Of a stretch of 32,000 bases of DNA, positions 7,124 to 16,921 are shown piece after piece. Each line of letters begins with the position of its first letter. Within the stretch, counting starts at the first letter, position 1. The DNA is taken from positions 1,248,447-1,280,446 of the forward strand of contig OZ252021.1 in assembly GCA_965247685.1 (NCBI GenBank), given 5' to 3'. Source of the DNA: Bdellovibrionales bacterium. Its GTDB lineage: Bacteria; Bdellovibrionota; Bdellovibrionia; Bdellovibrionales; UBA1609. Both the position numbers and the translations under genes were made by a program. The notes beneath the pieces were generated by a model that was not told the DNA's origin, made no database searches, and saw only the letters and a list, made by a program, of their open reading frames with translations.

Positions 7124-8473
7124 TTAAAACAGATTAAAAGAGTTCAAAAAGATAACCAAAATACCTATAGGAGCAATCACTCCCACAAAACCTTTGATCA
7201 AATAAAAGTAAGCTCTATTTTTAATATTCAACGCTTCCAACAGTGTATCTGTTGGCAATTTATAACCCACATAAAGAGCACATAGCAAACCCCCTAAAGG
7301 AAGTAAAACGTTTTGAGATAAATTATCCACAACTCCAAATATGGTCAAAGAAGAAATAATATGAAAATCGCTCCATATATTAAACGAGAACACCGTTCCT
7401 AAACCTAAAAACCAACACACAAAGCCACAACCTATCGCTGCATAAACTCTTTTTATTCGATACTGTTCTGTTAAATAAGAAATTATAGGCTCCAATAAAG
7501 AAACCGCAGATGTGAGTGCTGCAAAAAGGACTAATAAGAAAAAGAAGGTTCCAAAAAAAGATCCCGCCGGAAGATGCCCAAACGCCAAAGGTAAAGCCTT
7601 AAAAAGCAAACCCACCCCTTCATCTGGTTGAAGTCCTGCTGTAGCAAACACGATGGGAAAAATAATCAAACCCATAATCAATGCCACCAACGTGTCCAGC
7701 ACTACCACTAAACTCACCGTTTCAAAGATAGAGGTTTTCTTAGACAAATAAGAGCCATAAACCATAATAACCCCCATACCTAAAGACAAAGAAAAGAAGG
7801 CCTGTCCCATAGCTGCTAAAACACTAGATGTATGAACATCCTTCCAGTTAAAAGAAAATAAGAATGTAAAACCTTTACTTATCTCACCAAAAAAAATAGA
7901 ATAACCCAACAACACAACGAGAAGTAAAAATAAAAGAGGCATAGACCATTTAATAAAAAGCTCAAGCCCTCGAGAAATTCCTCTTGCAATAATAAATACA
8001 TTAATGCCCATAAAGACAGTCAGCCAAAAAATAAGTAGGTAAGGGTTTTGTATCATTTGAGAGAAAACACTACTCACCACTTCAGACTGAGCTCCATGAA
8101 AAATTCCTTTCCCCATCAGATACACATAGTGCATCACCCAGCCTGCAATCACTGCATAATAGGAAAGAATCATAAATCCACTTAAAATTCCCATCCACCC
8201 AATAAGAGACCATACTCTTGAATTCTTATATCGCTCTCTTAAAATTCGCATGGTGTGGATAGGACTGCTTTGCCCTAAACGCCCCATTAAAACTTCTGCT
8301 ATCATCACAGGAAAACTAATAGCCACCACGCAAATAAGGTAAATAACGACAAAAGCTCCTCCTCCATTTTCACCAGCTATATAGGGAAACTTCCATATAT
8401 TTCCTAAACCCACTGCAGAACCTGCAGCTGCAAGAATAAAAAACCAACGATTGGACCATGATTCACGAGAAAT
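7124..8473 (-). CDS. Sodium-dependent transporter, neurotransmitter:sodium symporter (NSS/SNF) family
   Basis: The family signature RESWSNRWFFILAAAGSAVGLGNIWKFPYIAGENGGGAF is present, followed by about 11-12 hydrophobic helices. The conserved TM1 extends upstream of the track's GTG start (8413). The only start-like codons before the in-frame TGA (8482-8480) are three ATT codons. GGAGG lies at 8487-8483. Confidence 0.85.
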   Translation of the reverse strand: MSRESWSNRWFFILAAAGSAVGLGNIWKFPYIAGENGGGAFVVIYLICVVAISFPVMIAEVLMGRLGQSSPIHTMRILRERYKNSRVWSLIGWMGILSGFMILSYYAVIAGWVMHYVYLMGKGIFHGAQSEVVSSVFSQMIQNPYLLIFWLTVFMGINVFIIARGISRGLELFIKWSMPLLFLLLVVLLGYSIFFGEISKGFTFLFSFNWKDVHTSSVLAAMGQAFFSLSLGMGVIMVYGSYLSKKTSIFETVSLVVVLDTLVALIMGLIIFPIVFATAGLQPDEGVGLLFKALPLAFGHLPAGSFFGTFFFLLVLFAALTSAVSLLEPIISYLTEQYRIKRVYAAIGCGFVCWFLGLGTVFSFNIWSDFHIISSLTIFGVVDNLSQNVLLPLGGLLCALYVGYKLPTDTLLEALNIKNRAYFYLIKGFVGVIAPIGILVIFLNSFNLF

Positions 8474-8704
8474 AATAATTCACCTCCAAAATCTAAATTA
8501 ATAAAAGAATCTATCCAAAATAACCACTAAAATAACCAATTATGATAAGTAGTGTTAAAGTAAATTATTCCTAAATTATGACTTTTTATAAGGCATATAA
8601 AGTTTCATGAATTTAACTTTATGTTTATTTTAATTGAACTCGTGTAAATCTAGGTTTTATCAAATTCTTGTTTAAAGGGAAAAGGGATGAAAGGAATTTT
8701 TCAA

Positions 8705-8733
8705 TTGTCATAAGTACCAAAACAGAATATACT
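8705..8733 (+). promoter_or_regulatory. Candidate sigma70-type promoter for the zinc-ribbon gene
   Basis: TTGTCA (8705-8710), a 17-nt spacer, then TATACT (8728-8733), about 53 nt upstream of ATG 8787. Confidence 0.4.
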
Positions 8734-8786
8734 GGTACTATTGGATGGTTTTTAGATTTTGGGTACAATAAACTAAGGAGGTGTTT

Positions 8787-8996
8787 ATGGAAGGTTTTAA
8801 TTGGAGATGTACTAAATGTAATCACCATGAATATAAAACTGGCAAGATGGCAGCTACTGGAGGAGGTTTTTCAAAATACTTCAATGTTCAAAACAAGAAG
8901 TTTTCTACAGTGACTTGTTCAAAATGTAAATTTACAGAATTTTATCAAACTTCTACCTCTAAATTAGCTAATATTTTCGACTTCTTTAGTGGATAA
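8787..8996 (+). CDS. Small zinc-ribbon protein (two CxxC pairs; resembles the DUF2082-type nucleic-acid-binding Zn-ribbon family)
   Basis: MEGFNWRCTKCNHHEY...GGGFSKYFNVQNKKFSTVTCSKCKFTEFY. A strong SD (AAGGAGG, 8775-8781) sits 5 nt before ATG 8787. The track's GTG at 8781 overlaps that SD. Confidence 0.7.
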   Translation: MEGFNWRCTKCNHHEYKTGKMAATGGGFSKYFNVQNKKFSTVTCSKCKFTEFYQTSTSKLANIFDFFSG

Positions 8997-9121
8997 AATC
9001 ACCATCTGAAAAGAGAATAAAATTTTAAAATACATTGAAAAATTTACATCTTTTCTTCTATAAATTTAATTTTATTAGTATTTTTTAAGAACCTGCTATA
9101 TGATGCGAACAGGAGTCTTAG

Positions 9122-9415
9122 ATGAAAGCTAGTAAAACCCTTTTGTATATAAAAAAAATGACTACCATTGATCGATATATTGCTTTGATCTGTATCGGAG
9201 TTTTCCTCATCAGCCTTGGGCATATGTTCACTCAATTTCATCAGCAAAAAATGATCACAGCTCAAAATCGAAACATGGAGTATAAAAAAATGAGAGTAGG
9301 TATTAAAAATATTGAAACATGGAAAAAATATCATGCAGAACAAATCTTTATTATGCAACAAATACTTCAAGAGATGAAAAAAGATTCTCATGTCGTCTCT
9401 CACTCTCCTATTTGA
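9122..9415 (+). CDS. Hypothetical small membrane-anchored protein
   Basis: AGGAG (9111-9115) lies 6 nt upstream of the ATG. There is one hydrophobic helix (YIALICIGVFLISLG). It is co-oriented with rsmA and sits just upstream of it. The overlapping minus-strand ORF looks like an antisense artefact. Confidence 0.45.
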   Translation: MKASKTLLYIKKMTTIDRYIALICIGVFLISLGHMFTQFHQQKMITAQNRNMEYKKMRVGIKNIETWKKYHAEQIFIMQQILQEMKKDSHVVSHSPI

Positions 9416-9458
9416 TAAAAATCTTGTTATAATTTTTCTTTCAACTTACGTAAATTCA

Positions 9459-10259
9459 ATGAATAAAATTGAAATTAAAAAAAGACTTAAATCTTTAGGA
9501 ATTTCTCCTAAAAAATCTTTAGGGCAAAACTTCCTCATTAACCCTTGGGTTTCGGAGCAAATGGTATCCGAAATTCAAAAACTCAAACCTTCTAAAGTGA
9601 TTGAAGTCGGCCCTGGATTAGGAAGTCTGACTGAGTTTCTCATAAAAATTAATATTCCACTACAACTGATAGAGTTGGACGCTCAACTTGCCCAATTTTG
9701 GAAGAAGAAAAATTTAGATGTATTAGAAACTCATGCACTAAAAATTAATTCAGAGCACTTCCCTGCTCATTCTACTTTAGTCGGAAACCTCCCCTATCAT
9801 ATCTCAAATCGATTGATTGTACACTCCTCCATTGAATGGCCTAAAGTAAACTCTATGGTTTTAATGGTTCAAAAAGAAACGGCAGAGCGTATGCTTTCAC
9901 CTTCAGGTCAAAAAAGCTTCAGCTCTTTATCTGTCATCACTCAATATGTATGGAATATGAAAAAACTTCTTTCGATTCCGGCTTCTGATTATTACCCTTC
10001 TCCAAAGGTAGACGGATGTGTCTTAATTTTTAAAAGAAAACCTCAAGCTCCTGTTTCGATCTCTCCTTTTTATTCTTTTGTGAAATTATGTTTTATTCAA
10101 AAAAGAAAAATTCTACTCAAAAAACTAAAGAACCAATTTGGAGAAAAAATCCCTTCCATTTTTAATGAGATTCAAATTCCACCCACTGCGAGAGCTGAAG
10201 AATTATCTGTTGAGAAATTTATAGATTTATACCAAAGGATTCAAACTCTACAAAAATAG
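9459..10259 (+). CDS. rsmA: 16S rRNA (adenine1518/1519-N6)-dimethyltransferase
   Basis: Motifs SLGQNFLINP, VIEVGPGLGSLTEFL (SAM site) and GNLPYHIS. The start is set to ATG 9459 (MNKIEIKKRLKSLGI...), which matches the normal family N-terminus. Confidence 0.9.
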   Translation: MNKIEIKKRLKSLGISPKKSLGQNFLINPWVSEQMVSEIQKLKPSKVIEVGPGLGSLTEFLIKINIPLQLIELDAQLAQFWKKKNLDVLETHALKINSEHFPAHSTLVGNLPYHISNRLIVHSSIEWPKVNSMVLMVQKETAERMLSPSGQKSFSSLSVITQYVWNMKKLLSIPASDYYPSPKVDGCVLIFKRKPQAPVSISPFYSFVKLCFIQKRKILLKKLKNQFGEKIPSIFNEIQIPPTARAEELSVEKFIDLYQRIQTLQK

Positions 10260-10371
10260 ATCTTAATACGTCTTAAAACATAAAATAGCATCAAATCTTT
10301 AGGTATAAAAAAACTTTACTTTCATATTCCATATAGAGTACCTTTAATTTTTATAACATGAGAGTTGAACT

Positions 10372-11178
10372 ATGAAAACCTATACTCAAAAAAAACTTCA
10401 GAATAAAAAAAAATCTCAGAGCTCCGTTTCTTCAAGAAAGAAAAACTTAAAACCTGAAAATAAAATACGACTGAATCATTTTATTGCTAAGTACACAAAC
10501 TTCTCTCGAAGACAAGCGGATCAACTTATCAAAAATAATAAAATCCGTGTGAACAGTCATAAAGTTCAATCCCTGTCCACCCTTGTAGAAGTTCACAAAG
10601 ATCAAGTAAAAGTGAACACCAAAATGGTTCGTCCTTTTACTCAACCTATTTATATCGCCTTTCATAAACCTGAAAAAACTCTCACCACCACAGATGATCC
10701 TAAAAATAGAATGACTATCTTTCATTACTTTAGAAGGTTAAAAGTAAAAGTGTTTGCGGTGGGTCGATTGGATTGGAATACTGAAGGGCTCATTCTTTTA
10801 ACTAACGACGGAGATCTCGCACACCGAGTGATGATGCCTCAATTTAAAATTCCAAAAACTTATATCGCTCAACTCAATAATAAAATTAAAGAAAGTCAAA
10901 TTCAAAAACTCAAAAGAGGCGTAAGCATACCAAAAGGCGGACGTGTCAAAGCTTTATCTCTTCATCCTCGATCTGGAACATGGGTAAAAATTGTAATCAC
11001 AGAAGGAAAAAATAAACAACTTCACTATATGTTCGAAAAAGTGGGGCTCAGTATAAAAAGACTTAAACGAACAGCTCTTGGAGGGCTAGCACTCGGCTCG
11101 CTGAAAAAAGGAGAAGCAAAATACTTAACAAATAAAGAAATCGAGAAAGTTTTTAATCTACCGAAAAGATCTTTTTAA
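10372..11178 (+). CDS. rluB: 23S rRNA pseudouridine synthase, RsuA/RluB family (S4 domain plus catalytic domain)
   Basis: An S4-like segment (RLNHFIAKYTNFSRRQADQLIKNNKIRVN) and the catalytic motif AVGRLDWNTEGLILLTNDGDLAHR. There is a basic, low-complexity N-terminal tail. Confidence 0.8.
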   Translation: MKTYTQKKLQNKKKSQSSVSSRKKNLKPENKIRLNHFIAKYTNFSRRQADQLIKNNKIRVNSHKVQSLSTLVEVHKDQVKVNTKMVRPFTQPIYIAFHKPEKTLTTTDDPKNRMTIFHYFRRLKVKVFAVGRLDWNTEGLILLTNDGDLAHRVMMPQFKIPKTYIAQLNNKIKESQIQKLKRGVSIPKGGRVKALSLHPRSGTWVKIVITEGKNKQLHYMFEKVGLSIKRLKRTALGGLALGSLKKGEAKYLTNKEIEKVFNLPKRSF

Positions 11179-11607
11179 ATGTCTCTCCATTTCTCTTTTT
11201 TGACTTTTCTTTTTCGATGATTCTCTTTTGTCCCACTTCTTTTTCCCTTGAGCAATAGCAATTTCTAATTTTGCTTTACCTTTTTTTAAATATATTTTTA
11301 CAGGAATACAAGTGAGTCCTTTTTTTTGCAAAGCTCCTTGAATTTTATTAATTTCATGAACATTCAAAAGAAGTTTACGAAGCCGCTCCGGATGATGATT
11401 ATTAATATTCGCCGGCCGATAAGGACTAATGTGCGCCTTTTGCAGATAACACTCATTTTTTCTCAAAGCGATATAGGAATCCTTCAACTGACATCCTCCC
11501 TCACGAAGAGATTTAATTTCAGTTCCTTTAAGGACTAAACCCGCTTCAAACTTATCAACAAGTGTATACTCAAATCGAGCTTTTTTATTTACAGCCAACA
11601 CTTTCAA
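11158..11607 (-). CDS. smpB: SsrA-binding protein
   Basis: NKKARFEYTLVDKFEAGLVLKGTEIKSLR...LLLNVHEI...IPVKIYLKKGKAKLEIAIAQGKK is typical SmpB. It overlaps rluB convergently by 21 nt. Confidence 0.9.
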   Translation of the reverse strand: MKVLAVNKKARFEYTLVDKFEAGLVLKGTEIKSLREGGCQLKDSYIALRKNECYLQKAHISPYRPANINNHHPERLRKLLLNVHEINKIQGALQKKGLTCIPVKIYLKKGKAKLEIAIAQGKKKWDKRESSKKKSQKREMERHLKRSFR

Positions 11608-11720
11608 TTTCTTATTCTCCTTACATATTCTTATTAGACTTATCGGTAGATCAAAAAAAAATATGTTGAAAGATTTTATAACTATGATAGAGTCCCTTTT
11701 TATTCAAAACAAGAATAACT

Positions 11721-14420
11721 ATGAAGAAATATCCTATTCACCTCCCTCAAACATCATTTCCTATGAGAGGTCAATTGCTTCAAAAGGAACCTGAGTATAT
11801 TCAATTCTGGCAAAAAGAGTCTATACACGATAAAGTTCAGAAAAAATATAAAGGCAACACTCCTTTAAATTTCATTGATGGCCCTCCTTATGCGAACGGA
11901 CGCATCCACCTTGGCACTGCTTTAAATAAACTTCTAAAAGATATGCTCATGAAACAAGCGTGGCTTTTTGGACGACCCTGCGCTTTTACTCCTATATGGG
12001 ATTGCCACGGTCTTCCGATTGAATTGAGGGCGTTGAAAAAAACAAAAAGCCGTGAACCCCAAGAAGTTCGAAAAACTTGCCGTAATGAAGCTCAAAAGTG
12101 GATTCAAATTCAAGAAGAGCAATTTCAAAGACTGGGGGTCATTGCAGATTGGAAAAATAAAATTCTCACAATGAATGCCTACTATGAAGCTGAAGAAATT
12201 CGAGTCATAGCTCGATTAAACGACAAAAAACTTCTTTATAGAGGAAAAAGACCTATTCATTGGTGCATGAAACTTCAAACGGCTGTCGCTATATCTGAAG
12301 TGGAGTATTATCCTCGTAAAAGCCCTGCAGTGGATGTGAAATTTGAAGTTTTAAATTCTCAACCTAAAAATAAAACTGTACTTCCCCCTTCTACTTCCTT
12401 TGTCATCTGGACCACTACACCTTGGACTCTTCCAGCAAACCAAGCGATTTGTCTTCACCCCGAAATGGATTATGGTTTATATGAATCCGGCAAAGAGCAT
12501 TTGATTATTGCATCTTATTTTCATAAAGCTTTTCAAAAAAGATGCACTTTAAAACTTAAACTTAAGAAACAATTTAAAGGACAAGACTTTGAGTTTTTAA
12601 TGTACAAACATCCTTTTTACGAAAGAATTTCACCTGTGATTTTAGGAACTCATGTCACTCAAGAAGCAGGAACAGGTTGTGTGCATACAGCTCCAGGACA
12701 CGGTGCTGAAGACTTTATTATTGGAAAAAAATATAACATCCCCGCCACTTGTCCTGTCGATAAAAAAGGACAGTTCACGAATGAAGTTCCAGAATACGAA
12801 GGACAAAATGTTTTAAAGTGCAACGAACTTATTGTTGAAAGGCTTAAGAAATCTTCACATTTTTTACACGAAGAAGAAATCGAGCACAGCTATCCCCACA
12901 ATCCACGATCTAAAACCCCTCTCATTTTCCGATTAACTGATCAGTGGTTTTTAAAATTTGACCACCCTTCACTTCCTATTCGTGAAACAGCTCTTAAAGA
13001 AATTCAAAAAATAAAATTCATTCCAGCTTGGAGTCAAAATAGATTAAAAGCTATGATTCAAGAAAGCCCCGACTGGTGTCTCAGCCGCCAGAGAATGTGG
13101 GGAGTTCCTATCCCCGTTTTCTACTGCAAAAAATGCTCCCAACCATGGCTGAACTCTTCTTTTATGAATGATCTTGCAGACTCTATGGAAAATGAAGGTA
13201 TCGAGTATTATTTTTCTAGAAGCGTGGAAGAACTGATCCCCTCTGGGACTCAATGTGAAAAGTGCTCCAGTAAAGAATGGAGCAAAGGAGAAGATATATT
13301 GGATGTGTGGCTGGATAGTGGTATTTGCCATACAGTCATACAAAAGTTAAAAAATATCTTTCCTGCAGATATTTATTTTGAAGGAAGCGATCAACATCGT
13401 GGTTGGTTTCAAACAAGCCTTAATTCTTCCATTGCTCTTCATCAAAAAAGCCCCTTTAAAACACTTATTACCCATGGTTTTCTTTATGACATAGAGAAAA
13501 GAAAAATGAGTAAAAGTTTAGGAAATATTATTTCTCCAGAAGAAATTATTAAACAACATGGAGCTGAGATTTTAAGGATTTGGGCGGCCAGCTGTGATTA
13601 CACTCAAGATATAAGCAGTGGTGAGGAAGTGTTCAGTCGAATCAAAGAAACTTATAGAAGGCTTAGAAATACAGTACGTTTTCTTATTGGAAATTTACAC
13701 GACTTTGATCCTCAAAAAAATAACATTCCTATCAATGAAATGAAAGAAGTGGATCAATGGGTGTTAAGCCAACTTCACGAACTTTCTGATAATATTTTAA
13801 ACCATTATCAAAACTTTGAGTTTCACAAAGTTTATCAACAACTCAATCATTTTTTCACAGTCACTCTTTCTTCTTTTTATCTCGATATTATTAAAGACAG
13901 ACTCTATACTTTTAAGGCTGATGGAATAGAGAGAAGATCGACTCAAACAGCCCTTTACCATCTTCTGAAAAATTTACTTACTCTCATGTCTCCTATCACA
14001 AGTTTCTTAAGTGAAGAGGCTTATAAACATCTGCCTGGTCCGAAAGAAGAAAGCATATTTCTAGATAATTTTAAAAAATTATCTTTTAAAAACAATGATT
14101 TAAATAATAAGTTTAATTTATTACTTCAAGTTAGACAGACTGTGATGAAAGAGATTGAAATCCAAAGACAAAATAAAATCTTAGGTTCTGGATTAGAAGC
14201 CCAGATCAATTTGACCTTACCTTCGGCAACATATAATATTCTCAAAGACTATAAGGATTTGAATGAATTCTTCATTGCTTCCCAAGTGAACTTACATCAG
14301 GGTGATGCATTAAAAATTCAAATTCAAAAGGCTTTAGGTCAAAAATGTCAGCGATGTTGGGCTTACAGCACGAATGTCAACTCAGAGGAACTTTGTTCTA
14401 AATGTGTTAAGAATATATGA
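11721..14420 (+). CDS. ileS: Isoleucine--tRNA ligase (type 1, with C-terminal Zn finger)
   Basis: HIGH-type motif (PYANGRIHLGTALNK), KMSKS motif (RKMSKSLGN), a CP1 editing region (TTPWTLPAN) and C-terminal CQRCW...CSKC. Confidence 0.95.
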   Translation: MKKYPIHLPQTSFPMRGQLLQKEPEYIQFWQKESIHDKVQKKYKGNTPLNFIDGPPYANGRIHLGTALNKLLKDMLMKQAWLFGRPCAFTPIWDCHGLPIELRALKKTKSREPQEVRKTCRNEAQKWIQIQEEQFQRLGVIADWKNKILTMNAYYEAEEIRVIARLNDKKLLYRGKRPIHWCMKLQTAVAISEVEYYPRKSPAVDVKFEVLNSQPKNKTVLPPSTSFVIWTTTPWTLPANQAICLHPEMDYGLYESGKEHLIIASYFHKAFQKRCTLKLKLKKQFKGQDFEFLMYKHPFYERISPVILGTHVTQEAGTGCVHTAPGHGAEDFIIGKKYNIPATCPVDKKGQFTNEVPEYEGQNVLKCNELIVERLKKSSHFLHEEEIEHSYPHNPRSKTPLIFRLTDQWFLKFDHPSLPIRETALKEIQKIKFIPAWSQNRLKAMIQESPDWCLSRQRMWGVPIPVFYCKKCSQPWLNSSFMNDLADSMENEGIEYYFSRSVEELIPSGTQCEKCSSKEWSKGEDILDVWLDSGICHTVIQKLKNIFPADIYFEGSDQHRGWFQTSLNSSIALHQKSPFKTLITHGFLYDIEKRKMSKSLGNIISPEEIIKQHGAEILRIWAASCDYTQDISSGEEVFSRIKETYRRLRNTVRFLIGNLHDFDPQKNNIPINEMKEVDQWVLSQLHELSDNILNHYQNFEFHKVYQQLNHFFTVTLSSFYLDIIKDRLYTFKADGIERRSTQTALYHLLKNLLTLMSPITSFLSEEAYKHLPGPKEESIFLDNFKKLSFKNNDLNNKFNLLLQVRQTVMKEIEIQRQNKILGSGLEAQINLTLPSATYNILKDYKDLNEFFIASQVNLHQGDALKIQIQKALGQKCQRCWAYSTNVNSEELCSKCVKNI

Positions 14421-14902
14421 AGTACTTAATTTTATTTACATTTTCTTCAGCCATAGCAGCACTGGATCAAGCCACAAAGCTTTACATTCATACTCATTTT
14501 GTGGAGGGGGAATCGATCATAGTCATTCCTAATTATTTCAATTTGACCTACATTAGAAATGCTGGAGGAGCTTTTGGTTTGTTTAGTGATGCTAATTCTG
14601 TTTTGCGCACTGTTTTATTTATCTTGTTTCCGATGATCGCCTTCTTCATTATTTTTAATATTTTAAGAAAAATCAATCACAAGGAGAAAACTCCTGTGCT
14701 GGCACTCTCCTTCATTATTGGAGGGGCGATTGGAAACCTTATCGATCGTATTCACTTTAATTACGTGATCGATTTTTTAGATTTTCACCTGCCAAATGGT
14801 TGGGTTTGGCCGACATTTAACATTGCAGATATGGCTGTTGTTATTGGTGTTACTGTAGTGGCGTGGATTCATTACAAGCATCCTGAAAAAATCCCCATGT
14901 GA
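14417..14902 (+). CDS. lspA: Lipoprotein signal peptidase (signal peptidase II)
   Basis: RNAGGAFG, IIGGAIGNLIDR and FNIADMAVVIG. It shows an ATGA start/stop overlap with ileS, the classic ileS-lspA coupling. Confidence 0.9.
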   Translation: MKYLILFTFSSAIAALDQATKLYIHTHFVEGESIIVIPNYFNLTYIRNAGGAFGLFSDANSVLRTVLFILFPMIAFFIIFNILRKINHKEKTPVLALSFIIGGAIGNLIDRIHFNYVIDFLDFHLPNGWVWPTFNIADMAVVIGVTVVAWIHYKHPEKIPM

Positions 14903-14918
14903 GAAAAATATGATAATT

Positions 14919-15386
14919 TTAAGACGGTGGAGAGCGAAGTCCTTCTTTAATTTCCTGCAACTGATCTGTCAGACTCCACACTTGTTCAGAGTGTTCCGTA
15001 AGGCTTTGACATAAATCCTGTAGCTCATACTTATATTTTCGATCCAATTGTTGATGCTGTTCTAAAAGCTCCTTTACTCGATTTGTCATAAAGCCTTCTT
15101 GATTGTTTTTGTAATTCTCAAATTCTATCTGTATATCAGACAACTTTTTGAATATAGAATCTTCAAATTGATGTTGTTTTTTTGTTAAATGATTCAAGTC
15201 TTCCCTCACCCGATCCATCATTTGCACCAGTTTGGAGTGTAAAAAAGAAAGACCACCTTGGGCATTTTTCAATTGAAGGCGAATATCTAAAACCTCTTTT
15301 TTGAGCTCGTTCCAATCTTCCTGAGAGACTTCAAAAGAAGCGTCTAATTTTTTACCATGAAATCCGTGAGTTAATTGCCTTGCCAT
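14919..15386 (-). CDS. Hypothetical coiled-coil protein
   Basis: A 155-aa ORF with charged, heptad-like composition. It has no overlapping competitor ORF and no recognisable motif. Confidence 0.5.
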   Translation of the reverse strand: MARQLTHGFHGKKLDASFEVSQEDWNELKKEVLDIRLQLKNAQGGLSFLHSKLVQMMDRVREDLNHLTKKQHQFEDSIFKKLSDIQIEFENYKNNQEGFMTNRVKELLEQHQQLDRKYKYELQDLCQSLTEHSEQVWSLTDQLQEIKEGLRSPPS

Positions 15387-15483
15387 AAGAGTACCTTAAA
15401 AATAAGCTAGACTGAAAATCTATATCATGTTTAAAGATAAGGCTATATAAAAGCAAGTGGTTTATCCTCAAAAGGAGATTTCA

Positions 15484-16425
15484 TTGGCTATATCGCTTTA
15501 TAAATTCAAAGATTATTTAGAGGAACGAATCAAATTCCCCACTGTTCAATTGATTTTCAATTATATTCAAAATTTCTACCCCTCAGAATATTCTTTCTTT
15601 GAAAATCAAATGATCACAGATTTTTATTCTTGGCTACTCAATGAACCTCATTACCGCTCCACAGTCCAAACTTTGAGAAAAGAAATTCTCAACGAAGTGC
15701 ATGCCTTTTACAGAAAAAACTTATTGGATATGGAATTTGAACAACTTCAAAAATCTCTTTTTTCTAAAGTGATTCACGTTCATGAAAAAGAAGATGCTTT
15801 AGAAATTTTAAACCAATATTACCAAGATAAATATAAATCGGTGCGCACTCTCCATTTTGAATTGCAAAGCTCCATAGCCTTGATCATGAAATCAAATGGA
15901 GATCTTCAAACTCTCGTCCATTCTCCACTCTACAGTATCCAGCACGGCAGACTTAAACCTCTGACTCCCCTTTCTCACCTCTACTATGACCATCAAATGG
16001 AGCTTCAACTTTTAAAGATACATCGTATTGTGGGCGATAACGGCGAATGTTATCTTTTTTCCATTCAAAAACACTATACTGAACTTAAAAAAATAAACAT
16101 TAAGAATTTTTCTTTGATTGAAAAAAAACATCTTTCAAACTTACAAGAAGAACCTCTGGTCTTTTTAAGATTGAAAAAAATTGAAAATAATTACATCAAA
16201 GCAAAAACTGATCCCTTCTATCAGGAACTCGTCAGCACCCTTCAAAACGGATACCAGAAGCTTTTAATTGGACACCCTGAGGCCGCCTCAACGGCAGAAA
16301 AATGTATACAAGAAGTCCGAATAGCCTTGAATAATGTCTACCCTGATGATCGACTTCTCCTTCTTTTAACAGCCAATATCGAATATTATCTTAGAAAAAA
16401 AGAATCTTCTAAAAATTTACTTTGA
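15484..16425 (+). CDS. Hypothetical protein (about 313 aa)
   Basis: A long ORF open from GTG 15457. I prefer TTG 15484 because AAGGAG (15472-15477) lies 6 nt upstream. No recognisable motif. Confidence 0.55.
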   Translation: MAISLYKFKDYLEERIKFPTVQLIFNYIQNFYPSEYSFFENQMITDFYSWLLNEPHYRSTVQTLRKEILNEVHAFYRKNLLDMEFEQLQKSLFSKVIHVHEKEDALEILNQYYQDKYKSVRTLHFELQSSIALIMKSNGDLQTLVHSPLYSIQHGRLKPLTPLSHLYYDHQMELQLLKIHRIVGDNGECYLFSIQKHYTELKKINIKNFSLIEKKHLSNLQEEPLVFLRLKKIENNYIKAKTDPFYQELVSTLQNGYQKLLIGHPEAASTAEKCIQEVRIALNNVYPDDRLLLLLTANIEYYLRKKESSKNLL

Positions 16426-16489
16426 AAAGTATCTTCTTTTAAGATATAAAGTCCTCCTCTACATTTCAACAAAAACCAAGAAGAAAACG

Positions 16490-16921
16490 ATGGACAAAAT
16501 TATTCAAGATATTACTCAAAGCAGGCACAAACCTATCTCTCCTGTTCCTTCCACGGGTGATAAGGTGAATGTTCATATTCACATTAAGGAAGGTGGAAAA
16601 GAGCGTATTCAGATTTTCCAAGGCATTGTGATTAAAACAGAAGGTAAAAATCAATCCTTTACAGTCAGAAAAATCTCCGAAGGTGTTGGAGTGGAAAAAA
16701 CTTTTCCTCTCAATAGCCCTGTTTTAGCCAAGATTGAAATCATATCTCAATCCAAAGTGCGAAGAGCAAAACTTTACTACATTCGAAAACTTCAAGGAAG
16801 AGCAAGCCGTCTGACGGCTATCTTTTCTTCTCAACAAGAAAAAAAATCTGAAATATTCACAAAGGAGCCACCTTCAAAAGAAGCAACTCCTCAAGAAACC
16901 GAAGCTCCATCTAAAGAATAA
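16490..16921 (+). CDS. rplS: 50S ribosomal protein L19, with an extra low-complexity tail of about 25 aa
   Basis: GDKVNVHIHIKEGGKERIQIFQGIVIKTEG...FTVRKISEGVGVEKTFPLNSP...VRRAKLYYIRKLQGRASRL is canonical L19. The tail is SSQQEKKSEIFTKEPPSKEATPQETEAPSKE. Confidence 0.9.
   Translation: MDKIIQDITQSRHKPISPVPSTGDKVNVHIHIKEGGKERIQIFQGIVIKTEGKNQSFTVRKISEGVGVEKTFPLNSPVLAKIEIISQSKVRRAKLYYIRKLQGRASRLTAIFSSQQEKKSEIFTKEPPSKEATPQETEAPSKE

Noticed and set aside
8625-8913. ORFs 8625-8828 (-) and 8668-8913 (+)
   Set aside because: They lie across the AT-rich divergent promoter region and overlap the SD-preceded zinc-ribbon gene out of frame. Their composition is unconvincing and they have no SD.
9044-9403. 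119-aa minus-strand ORF
   Set aside because: It is almost completely antisense to the SD-preceded plus-strand ORF 9122-9415, which is co-oriented with rsmA. Its sequence is F/L/H-rich and looks like antisense noise. Neither ORF is strongly supported, so only the plus-strand one is listed, at low confidence.
11608-11720. Possible leader, attenuator or T-box upstream of ileS
   Set aside because: The region is only ~110 nt and AT-rich, with no specifier or antiterminator-like helices visible. There is only a plausible TTGAAA...TAGAGT promoter-like pair, which is too weak to report.
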